In this document: positions 1 through 9,304 of the stretch, in pieces
How positions within the stretch are numbered: position 1 is the first letter of the stretch
Layout of the letters: each line of letters opens with the position of its first letter
NCBI GenBank assembly: GCA_977018835.1
Contig: OZ361256.1
Span: 4,960,001 to 5,024,000 of the forward strand
Length of the DNA stretch: 64,000 nucleotides
Source: Minutocellus sp. GHC0000111
Taxonomy: Eukaryota
Direction of reading: 5' to 3'
Notes under the pieces: generated by a model
Database searches by the model: none
Told to the model about the DNA's origin: nothing
Seen by the model: only the letters and a program-made list of their open reading frames with translations
Translations under genes and position numbers: made by a program

Positions 1-328
1 TTGAGTTCAATCTATGCTAGCTATTATGCATCGCTGCCTTCCAAGCGACTTCCAAGCGAATCGAAGCTTTCAGAACGGACGGCGGACGAACTCATTGAAG
101 CGCGCCATGCGCCATGATATGATCGAATGATGCGACGATGGCGGTGACGAAGACGAAAAACGCACTTCGACATTCGCCTGCAACTTGCGAAGACTTACCA
201 CGAAATGAATATCCTTCAACCCAAACCCCTCACCTTTCCTTCACAATCTCTCATGGAATGAATCAAATCAATTACTAATTATTTTTCAGAGATTATGAAC
301 CGTGATGACCGCTTCCCGTTAGCCAATC

Positions 329-423
329 ACGCTGATAGCTCAGTTGGTAGAGCGGTGGACTGTAGAGGCGCCAACAGGCGAAAAGTTATCCATCGGTCGG
401 AGGTTCGATTCCTCCTCAGCGGA
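329..423 (+). tRNA. tRNA-Tyr(GTA) with a 22-nt intron (366-387)
   Basis: D-arm GCTCAGTTGGTAGAGC; anticodon stem GTGGA/TCCAT with GTA at 362-364; intron after position 37; T-arm GGAGG-TTCGATT-CCTCC; acceptor CGCTGA/TCAGCG; discriminator A423; TTTT just downstream. The first pair is A1:G72. Confidence 0.93.
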
Positions 424-680
424 ATTTTGTGGCTCTTTCTTTTGTCTTCCTGCACATTCTTCATCAAGTATGATTTTTATGCACGGCTGCTCTTTTAGCG
501 TGCCCGCCTTTGCGATACATGCTCTTCCCTTAGTTTTTAGCTAATAGGGTAGACTACAGATAAGCATAAAAACCAATCAGCGATTCCTCACGTAAAATTA
601 GAACGTTCACTCTTTGCAATACGATGCATTGATAAAACCGATGTCACCTATTCCTCCAGCATGCTCTCGTCATTCTAGAT

Positions 681-3176
681 CTATCCTTCCTCGCCCAGCT
701 CAATCGCATCCTCTTCCTCACTGGAAATATCGCTGCCGCTGGATCTACTGGAAGCTGCGGAGTCACTGCCGGCCGGCTTTGCACACTTTACTCGCGGCAC
801 CCACTCATCCGCCAATGGAGTCGCAGCTTCTAAATCACCACTTTCCTCGGCATCGATAATACCTCGCAATGCTTTCATGCACGATTGATAGACACCAATG
901 GCGCCACCGACAAGCTCCTTCTTCAATTTCATTTCCTCCACTCGACTAGGATCATCAATAAGCTTACGCATCTTGACGAATTCTCCCACCTGGCCAAATT
1001 TCAAGACGCTAATAGCCCTGCCCTCCTTGCCCGCTCGTGCGGTTCTACCACATCTGTGGACATAGGTTTTGGCGTATCGAGGGACATCATAATTGATGAC
1101 TGCACCGACGTTCGGTAGATCCATTCCTCTTGACATACCATCCGAGCAGATTATAACAGATACTCGATTCTGATCTTCGCCCGAGGAACCCACCGGAACA
1201 GCGCACCGTCTCATGAGCTTTGATCGTTGTTTTTGCGAAAGAGCACTCGAGAATTCTGCGATCGCAGTGGTAGGTCCATATCCGGCCGCACTCCACAGAA
1301 GCTGCAGCAGACGTGCCAGCCGATGGGTGGAATCCAGACTGGACGTAAAGACCACAACCATGTTGCCCAGTCCGTTTTTAGTTTGCCTCGCTTCAGATAT
1401 ATGTTGAAGCAAAAGCGCCATGAGAACCAGTGGCTTCTGTTCTGCAGTACAAACGAGCTTATGCTCCGATAAACTTGGAGGTACGGAATATCTCTGAGTA
1501 GAGGCATGCACGTGGTGGTCCATACCCATATCACCCCCACCCTTGGCCTCCATCCCAGCCTTGACATTCAAATGGTGAGCATCAAAATGCTTTGGATTGA
1601 CAAGTCCAAGAGAAGCAAGTTTCTGAGGATCACGAGTGAGTGTCGCCGAGAAGAGCATCTTCCGCAATGGGACTGGACGGCTGACTGATGCAGCTATCGA
1701 ATTAGACCGATCGTTGGTCATGCTTTTTCTCCAGGTAACGGGATCAAGGGCAAGGGAGACACCATTACGAACTGTGGCTTGATGAGTTGGATTCGTTTGG
1801 TGTCCAATGGTATTGGATGATGTGGCTGCAGTGGTTACACGATGGATCCAGCCCTGATAGGACTGGTTGAGAAGCCTATCAGCTTCGTCGATGACAAGGA
1901 AACGGAGATGCTGCAAGGTGAATCCAGGCGTCTTGTCCAAATGATCGATGAGCCGACCGGGCGTTGCAACGAGAATATCAACAGCACTGCGCCCGCCCAG
2001 AGGAGTCGATAAGGCCGAAGAAATTCCATTTCCAACACCTTCTGGACGTTGCTGCTCCAGGAAATATCCCGGGGAGCGAGCGAACGCTTCCACTGCAAAT
2101 TTCGGATTGGTTGGGTTGAATGCATGACGCAATACGGCAAAGTCACCGTCCTCTCTAGCATCAGCAACCGAATGGGACTTGTTACCAGTAGACCCAAGAA
2201 TCAGTGCCTTCTGTTCGGCCTCAAAATCAGTTTGACCGATCGCCAGACCAACTTGCAATTGTGACCCCTCAGAATATCTCTTGAATACCATATAGACCTG
2301 CGTTGCTAAATCTCGGCTTGGTAGGACCACCAAGGCACGCAGCCTCCGCACTGTTGTACTCGATAGAGCATTCAACACTGGTAAAACAAATGCCAATGAT
2401 TTCCCACTTCCTGTTGGTGCGGAGACGCAAATATCTCGAACTCGGATTTGCGAATGACGCTCTGATGCAATAACGTCAGGAATGACAAGAGATTGGATTG
2501 GAAAGAAGTTTTCATAACCATCCCATTCGAGATTGGACACTAAGAACGATGGTAGATTCCAAACCTTGGCCGCATCACGGATGGGAAGGCGAGAAAGCTG
2601 CAGTGCTGTGGATATCTCCGCATTGTGCAACCGCTGCTGGTCCGTCAGAGGGACTGCACCTTCATCTGTTTTGCTCCCCACGGCCTGTCGATCTTCCTCA
2701 ACATCGAAGTCATCTAATCCTTCATCGGTCATACCAGTTCGGCGACGCTTCACCCCAGCAGCAGGGAACTTCTGTTCTGGCGCAATCACCCTTAGAGATG
2801 ACTTCTCCATGTCCTTGCTGTTTGCATTAGCGTCCTCTTCATCACCACTACTCGCATCTCCGTCATCATCACTTGAATATGGCAACGAACTCGAATCTGA
2901 GTCGCCGGACGAGTACGGCATTGAACTCGAATCGGAACCGTTTCCATTTCTTTCTTTCCTACTGGGATGAGCTCGGTCATTTGTCAGAACCTCTTCACCT
3001 CCCCCATCATCTATCAAAGTGAGGGGCTGCTCCACAACGAAGTCAGTAGGAGTACTTGGCGGCTCTTTCGACCTCGTTGTCTTCCTCTTCTTTTTTGCTT
3101 GCTTCGTTGGCTTTGCTGCTGCCGCAGCCGCCGCTGCATCTTCGGCACGAGGATCGTAACGTCCTACCGCAAACAT
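681..3176 (-). CDS. DDX51: DEAD-box RNA helicase, DDX51/Dbp6 family
   Basis: 831-aa ORF with Q motif FFPIQ, APTGSGKS, PSRDLA, TPGRLIDH, DEAD, SAT, SRGMD and HRCGRTAR. The GFTLQHLRFLVIDEADRLL and LFSATLTRDP contexts are typical of Dbp6/DDX51. Confidence 0.92.
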   Translation of the reverse strand: MFAVGRYDPRAEDAAAAAAAAKPTKQAKKKRKTTRSKEPPSTPTDFVVEQPLTLIDDGGGEEVLTNDRAHPSRKERNGNGSDSSSMPYSSGDSDSSSLPYSSDDDGDASSGDEEDANANSKDMEKSSLRVIAPEQKFPAAGVKRRRTGMTDEGLDDFDVEEDRQAVGSKTDEGAVPLTDQQRLHNAEISTALQLSRLPIRDAAKVWNLPSFLVSNLEWDGYENFFPIQSLVIPDVIASERHSQIRVRDICVSAPTGSGKSLAFVLPVLNALSSTTVRRLRALVVLPSRDLATQVYMVFKRYSEGSQLQVGLAIGQTDFEAEQKALILGSTGNKSHSVADAREDGDFAVLRHAFNPTNPKFAVEAFARSPGYFLEQQRPEGVGNGISSALSTPLGGRSAVDILVATPGRLIDHLDKTPGFTLQHLRFLVIDEADRLLNQSYQGWIHRVTTAATSSNTIGHQTNPTHQATVRNGVSLALDPVTWRKSMTNDRSNSIAASVSRPVPLRKMLFSATLTRDPQKLASLGLVNPKHFDAHHLNVKAGMEAKGGGDMGMDHHVHASTQRYSVPPSLSEHKLVCTAEQKPLVLMALLLQHISEARQTKNGLGNMVVVFTSSLDSTHRLARLLQLLWSAAGYGPTTAIAEFSSALSQKQRSKLMRRCAVPVGSSGEDQNRVSVIICSDGMSRGMDLPNVGAVINYDVPRYAKTYVHRCGRTARAGKEGRAISVLKFGQVGEFVKMRKLIDDPSRVEEMKLKKELVGGAIGVYQSCMKALRGIIDAEESGDLEAATPLADEWVPRVKCAKPAGSDSAASSRSSGSDISSEEEDAIELGEEG

Positions 3177-3254
3177 TTTATATGCTTATTTTCTGACTGA
3201 GGCTGGTTGCCACTGAACTCAGCCAAAAGAACTGATTCCTCCTCTGCGAAATGA

Positions 3255-3400
3255 GCCGTGATATTTTGGATGGCTGAGCGAGATCGAGACTGAATCCGGC
3301 TTAGGTCTTCTGTCGTTTCTTCCCATCCCATTCCTCTTCTGTGGGCCGTCGCCGTGATATTTTTGGATGGCTGAGACTGAATCCGGCTTAGGTCTTCTGT
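3255..3400. repeat. Imperfect ~50-bp direct repeat upstream of DDX51 (3255-3313 and 3351-3400)
   Basis: GCCGTGATATTTT(T)GGATGGCTGAG..ACTGAATCCGGCTTAGGTCTTCTGT occurs twice; copy 1 has a 10-bp insertion. Confidence 0.9.
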
Positions 3401-3662
3401 ACTTTTCTTGAGCCCTTCGTCCCGAGCAACCGTAACCCAATACCTAGGTACTTGTAGATCTACCGGTACGGTCATGCATGCCGGCAATTCAATCATTCAT
3501 TACGAACTATATTTAAATATGGACTCTACGCACAGGGAACACACAAAAATTGAAAGTCTGCTGCTCACACCGCTCTAAAGCCGGTAGAAGATCTCTACCG
3601 GTGCCGATCGATACGTTACGCTCCTCTCATCTCCGCTGAAGTAGATCTACGCCTCTGCTCTT

Positions 3663-4415
3663 CTACTCAGTCATGGCACCAAGGAAGGGGAACTTTTCCG
3701 TCTCTTTCACCACATTGACAAGCACGGCGAGGATACAATGAAGGCTGAGGTCGACGCCCTTTGACGTCTTCAGAACCATCTTGTGCTCAGAAAAAGTATT
3801 CTCCCATGTCCAATAGCTGCTCAATTGCTCGGCATCGGGCGGGGATGTCTGATAAATTTCCTTGTTCAGGCTCTTGACCTTCTCCAAAATAAGGACGGGC
3901 TCTCCCTTCACACCGCTCTTATTCTCTCCCGTCGGATCCTTGACCATGGGACAGATGGTGGCATGAGACTTGGCCGCATTGTAGTGGAGCTCATAGATGG
4001 GATACAATGGCTTTTGCAGGTCCTCAATGAATTCGTTATCCATTCTGCACGTCTTGTCCGCTTCCTGTCCAGGAAAGGCAGGGTTGGGGTAACTAACAAT
4101 CGTCCATGTATTGGGAGTTTTGAGCTTCTTCAGACCGCGGGCCAGATGCTGGAATGTGGGAGGGTTGCCCTTGGCTGGAGTCGTAAGCTCAAACCACTGA
4201 ATGCACACGGGGGTTTCCTTGACCTGAAGCAAAAGGTTGCCCTTGTCGTCCGAAATATCATAGATCCGGTTCTTAATCATGTTGGTCTTCTTCAGTGTAA
4301 TCGTCTTTGGACCATGAGTTGGCGTGTTACCAGCAAGGGTAACATCGCCATCCTTCATTCCACCATCGGCAGTGGCCCAATCCGTTTTTTCGAGTCGCGA
4401 TTCTGCGGCACCCAT
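3663..4415 (-). CDS. Hypothetical protein, possibly N-myristoylated; weak resemblance to Tubby-C/LURP-one fold
   Basis: 250-aa ATG ORF starting MGAAES (myristoylation-like). Beta-rich middle; ends KGVDLSLHCILAVLV, like the C-terminal helix of LURP-one/scramblase folds (inference). Confidence 0.6.
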   Translation of the reverse strand: MGAAESRLEKTDWATADGGMKDGDVTLAGNTPTHGPKTITLKKTNMIKNRIYDISDDKGNLLLQVKETPVCIQWFELTTPAKGNPPTFQHLARGLKKLKTPNTWTIVSYPNPAFPGQEADKTCRMDNEFIEDLQKPLYPIYELHYNAAKSHATICPMVKDPTGENKSGVKGEPVLILEKVKSLNKEIYQTSPPDAEQLSSYWTWENTFSEHKMVLKTSKGVDLSLHCILAVLVNVVKETEKFPFLGAMTE

Positions 4416-5208
4416 CTTGAGGAGATAAATTGTCCGAATAAAGCTGCTGGCGGCGCAAAAAGATGAAAGCAGTACGGAAAAAGAAATGTGAGAGACTAAT
4501 GAAAAGAAACGATGCAGGATAGAACCTCAACACGCAACCCTACCGCATGAGCCCATAGTTGCTCATCTGCATTTATTTATGTGCCGAGTTCCAATGCATG
4601 ATTTTAGCCACTTATGCCGAAATTATAATCGATGCGCATCGCCCCGCTGCAGACACAGGTACAGTATGCTGCTGCCCACATACCTTCTTTGCCAATCAAA
4701 TCCAGAAAAGTAGGAGGAACAACCCAAACATGGCAGAGAATCTCCACACCATTTTTGTCACATTGAATCCGAACTCTCCGAAGATACGCGAAGAACATCG
4801 GGACAAAATCACAGCAAACTTTCAGCTAGCGAGAAAATAAGCGCCGGGTTCACTTCCCATGGCACCGAAGAAGACAGCAACTGCCTCTGCCAGCCCAATA
4901 CTGACTTATCCCTCTCAGGAACGTACCCTTGGTTGACTTGCTTGTTCCTCTCTCGGAAAAAGAAAATAAACACATGTTCACTGAGGCCAAAGTGCGCTCT
5001 TGAGGGTACATGTATGAGGTCATTGAGCAACTGAAAAAATTTCAAGCTGTTGAGCTCATTTTTGGCGCCAAAACCAGCAGCAAAGACGAGGCCGGCAAGG
5101 GCGGAGAAAGCATATCGAAGGCTTCTGCACGAGTAGCCGAAGGCCAGGAGGAGCAGGCGGCATCATTTCCCGGTGTTTCATAGCGCTGGGCAGAATCCAG
5201 GAAGAAAG

Positions 5209-6381
5209 ATGACAAGATATCGCGCATTCGAGGTAGTCTCTTGTGCGTATGTGCTGGCCGCCGCCGCACTGTTCCTCCCGCAGCCCACAGCAGCCGCTGC
5301 GGCGCAGGGACGGTGGTGGATGGGCCGGACCAGCAAAGCAGCAGATGCCAGCAATTCGGGTAGAAAGTTCGTTTCCTGGCCCTCGTTCTTGTCTTCGCTG
5401 GACGTTCCCACTCTCTTTCCGTCGGCCAACGAGACCAAGTACGACAGGTACGCAGCATGCCTGGCGGCTACGGAGGGCATTCGTCGGGCCAGGGATGTCG
5501 TGGCATCCTCGTCCAATGCCGCCGTCGCCTCTGCCAGGCAGGCAGGTACCTCGGCCGTCTCGGAGAGAGCCGACGTTGCCAACGAAGTCATGTCGGACAG
5601 TTGCAGCTCACCCCTTGCACGGTTGAGTCGGTCTCTGACGTCGGCTCTGGGCGGTGGCAAGGGGAAGCAGGCGAGCATCCACTCGTCAGCTTCTTCGGCG
5701 TCTGCGACCAAACCAGTCGACGAGGAGACTTTTCGTCGAGTTTCGGTGTCGTACGTTTTGCAGGCTGCCAAAGGGGTTCGAAACCTTGGCCTAACAATTC
5801 CACAATTCAACCAGCTTGGCCGCGAGGTCGGAAGCAATCCAGCACTCAAGGAGAAAGTGATGGAGCAGGCATACCTCTATCGCTTGGCCGCAGCCCTCAA
5901 CATGGAAAAGGTACATGTTCACGAAGATCCCGTCGCACAGAAGCTCCTAAGAGCTCATCGCAGGAAACGAGTTCAAATGTTTGCAAGGAGTATGACTGAT
6001 ATTGAGGAGTTGAGGAAGGAGCAGCAAGAGAAGCTCAAGCAGGCCCTCAATCTGGACCGACTTCCGGAAGGCATTAGCATTTGCGACCCATCCATCCAGC
6101 CGCTGCTAAGTCCCAAGGTTCGAGTAGTTTGCTCTGCATTTCCTCTCCAGGCGGAGGAAATCATTGACAAATACGGGCTGAACTCCGAGGAGTTTAATAG
6201 TATGCTATCCGAAAGCAAGAACAATCCGCTCTTCAAGTTTCAGGTGCTCCGATATGTGCGACGAGGACTAAGGAAAGGAGCGGAAGTAGCTGAAGGTCCA
6301 ATGCTGCTGCAGGAGGATGAGCCAACGAAGAAAGCGACGAAGAAGAAGGCCACGAAAAAGCGTAAGTCAAGCAATAAGTAA
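5209..6381 (+). CDS. Signal-peptide protein with two DUF4168-like helical repeats
   Basis: First ATG at 5209 is followed by a hydrophobic signal. Repeats LGLTIPQFNQLGREVGSNPALKEKV and AEEIIDKYGLNSEEFNSML resemble DUF4168. Lys-rich tail. Confidence 0.7.
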   Translation: MTRYRAFEVVSCAYVLAAAALFLPQPTAAAAAQGRWWMGRTSKAADASNSGRKFVSWPSFLSSLDVPTLFPSANETKYDRYAACLAATEGIRRARDVVASSSNAAVASARQAGTSAVSERADVANEVMSDSCSSPLARLSRSLTSALGGGKGKQASIHSSASSASATKPVDEETFRRVSVSYVLQAAKGVRNLGLTIPQFNQLGREVGSNPALKEKVMEQAYLYRLAAALNMEKVHVHEDPVAQKLLRAHRRKRVQMFARSMTDIEELRKEQQEKLKQALNLDRLPEGISICDPSIQPLLSPKVRVVCSAFPLQAEEIIDKYGLNSEEFNSMLSESKNNPLFKFQVLRYVRRGLRKGAEVAEGPMLLQEDEPTKKATKKKATKKRKSSNK

Positions 6382-6828
6382 GCCAGACAGCAGCAGCACA
6401 GAAAACATTTGTTGTTATTTCGGGGGTGGCCTCTCTTTTATATTGATTGATATCGCGGCCACAATAATTTCATTACATGTTCTGCATAAAATTAAAATCA
6501 ATAGGAACTTCCTTCCATAGTATTAATATACAGGATCGTTGCTTTGCACCGGTGCCGATGCAGTAGATCTACATCATGTTTGTAGATCTACATGTACCGG
6601 TATGATCACTTGCTCTGATAAAGCAGTATGCGCCCGCAGAGCAGCAGCAGCAGCGCCTGCTTCGCTTCGCGCTTTCATCTATCGCATTATCGATATCGCC
6701 ACGTGGCAGTCTGTGCGCCGTTCGGCACAAAATTCATGGAGTGATGAGCATGCCCAACCGCCGAACGAGCAACAAAGGCTGGCCTGTCTCTTCGTCACTT
6801 CGTTCCCCCCAAACCATCGCATCCAAAG

Positions 6829-7497
6829 ATGGCATCGTCACTAATCGTTCGACGCACTCTTATTTCATGCTCATCTCGACGCCCAGTAACGTCGCAGCAG
6901 CTTGGCCGGATGAGTTCCGCCAGGGCATTCTCCTCGGAAGCACAGAGTCCGGGATTCTTTGGTCAACTGAAGGAGAAGTTCGACCCCACATCCGATAAGG
7001 CGCAGAAGGAAAAGTATGCCGCCCAGCTAAAGAAAATGTCGGAATCGGAGGTTTGGACGTTGGGTATGTTTGCCGAGGAGATGGACTCCGCCGTATCGGG
7101 ATGGAGGCAGTACATACCAGGAATGAGCCGGATGAAGCAGGTGCAGCAGATTAAGGAGATGCAAAAGACGATCAACGCCATTAAGAAGGAGATCGGGGCA
7201 GATGCCACGGCGGAAACGTTGAGAGACCTCACCAAGCTCCAAAGGCTTCGAATCTGCGTGGCGGCAGACGTCGACCCAGAGGACCTGAAAGCATTGTCAG
7301 ATCAGTTCCAGGGGATGGAGACGATGCATCGGATCTTGAGATATCGCAAGAAGATGGGCAAGACAATTCCAACGGATGAGCAAAGTATGAAGGCGGCAGT
7401 TCAGATGGATAGCGGCGCAGTCCTTACCAAAGAAGAAAAACGAGAGATACAACGTATTCAAGCCGAGTCGATGGGCATGGCCCCAAAGAGCAAATAA
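6829..7497 (+). CDS. Putative mitochondrial protein with SRP54/Ffh M-domain-like region
   Basis: 222 aa. Arg/Ser-rich acid-free N-terminus ending RAFSS; Met-rich helical core WTLGMFAEEM..YIPGM..KTINAI..RLRICVAADV..LSDQFQGM. Confidence 0.75.
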   Translation: MASSLIVRRTLISCSSRRPVTSQQLGRMSSARAFSSEAQSPGFFGQLKEKFDPTSDKAQKEKYAAQLKKMSESEVWTLGMFAEEMDSAVSGWRQYIPGMSRMKQVQQIKEMQKTINAIKKEIGADATAETLRDLTKLQRLRICVAADVDPEDLKALSDQFQGMETMHRILRYRKKMGKTIPTDEQSMKAAVQMDSGAVLTKEEKREIQRIQAESMGMAPKSK

Positions 7498-7937
7498 TGC
7501 GCAACGATATCGATGCGATATATTGTAACCGATGAAGAACTGCCAATAGCTATGTACGTTGATCTACGTAGCTAGTCCAGTATGCGATGATCATTTATTT
7601 CACAAATGGTTGATGATATCCCTATCTATTTTAAAGCGCCATACACCACGCAGTCTACCAGTAGAAAGCTCGCAGTAAGACACCATTTGCGATTCAAGAA
7701 AAGTGTGGGAGACAACATACATGTGAAACGACAAGCTTGCACCACCGTCCTGCTTATTGCGTGAATCGGTCACCAGCTCCAGCCGGCCGGTCCACGATCA
7801 GCACCAGCACCAGCACCGCAACTTGCATTGACATATTTCGCCTCGCGCCACAAAATTAACAACCCATTTTTCATCCTTGAAGGAGTGTGCTGCTACCTCA
7901 TCATCATGAGCAAAGAATTCTCCAGTTTCACTCAAAT

Positions 7938-9089
7938 CTAACCGCGCGAGGTGGGAAGAGTAAACTTGCCGCCCTTCTGCTTGCTCTTGAAGTAATAATA
8001 GAAAAAGTCCGCGTAGAGTACCGTCTGAAGGACACCGCAGAAGTAAACAACAAAGTGATGCTGGTACATCGGCTCATGGTAGGATCGGTAGATCCAATTC
8101 AGAATGTAGAACGCCCGATAAGCTCCCATGAAGACAATGTAATTGCCAGTCAAGTTCTCCACCTCCCGATACCGTTGCAGCACAATGAGCTGTGGAAGGA
8201 TAGCAATAGACTCCAAGTAAATGGAAAAGGTCCAAAGCAACTCCAGGAGGTCGAATCTGCTAACGCCACTTCCAATGAGGTGGGTGATGAAAGCAATGCC
8301 GGCGCATGGTGCCACGGCGAACTTCCAATGCAGAAACGTATCCTGCGCTTTGTCGTATGTCGAGCAAATTGGCTCACTGAATCGGATCATGTAAATAATG
8401 GACGCTGTCGTCGCAATGTACAAAACCTTCATGCAGGAGTTGTACAGCGAGTAGAACGTCGTGAACAGGTCGAGGTACCGCGTTACGAATACCACCAGGA
8501 ACAGCTCATGCGTTCGGACCGAGATACCTGCCACGCCGAGATCAGTCACGTGTTCGCATCACCAACGGCCAAGGTCCCGAATGCCGATCATGGCCGCGCA
8601 AAGATGAATTCAAAGCCACCAGTTCATTGAGAGAGCAGCGCCGACCAAAAGAGAACACATATCAAGAGGTGAGATGGACAACGAAAGAAGTGCGAAACGA
8701 ATAAGCTTTTCGGTTTTGTAGAATAAGAAAATTATGTTTTCCAATTAAGAAAATTCATGGCCGAAAATCAACGTTTCATGCCGATAACTGAGGCATTGCT
8801 TCTCTGCCGCCGCAGGGAAGAACAGTGCCATACCAATACCTCGCCGCCACCGAGAGAAGCACATCTCATCTTCAGCATGTGGTTCTGTTGGCCAGTCCTC
8901 CGACAGCCGTCCGTTCAAGGATAAACGCACACAAACACACGCGAAACGCAAACACAAAACAAATCGTCGCCGGATACGCTCCCTCAACTCACCCGATGCA
9001 TTCTTGGCAACGCGAAGCCGCAGCAACAGCACGATGATGCTGAAGACGTGCGACATGTCGCCGCACAGGCGGAATATATTCATCGACAT
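7938..9089 (-). CDS. ERD2: ER lumen protein-retaining (KDEL/HDEL) receptor, 2 exons
   Basis: Exon 1 9089-8993 (MSMNIFRLCGDMSH..KNAS), intron 8992-8528 (GTGAGT..CAG), exon 2 8527-7938 (GISVRTHELF..TRYLDL..WTFSIYLESIAILPQL..YRAFYILNWIYR..ADFFYYY). Confidence 0.97.
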
Positions 9090-9304
9090 GGCTCCGGTTG
9101 GAATACAGTATTGGCAGGGGCCAGTGGCAGTCGATCCCTTGCTTGGAATGGTCAAGAGGAAGAGCTGAATAATTCCCGGGTGTCTATGAGCAAGTCCCGG
9201 CTTTTGCTCCATGTTCAGCATACCAGTACGGGTAATTTGCAAATTATGCTCCACAGCGTTGGGGTTGTGTACGACGGTGTAGAGCAATAGCGAGAAGCCT
9301 AATC

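Noticed and set aside
295..544. Short ORFs 295-498 and 344-544
   Set aside because: They overlap the tRNA-Tyr gene and are spurious.
7887..8630. 247-aa plus-strand ORF
   Set aside because: Antisense shadow of ERD2 exon 2.
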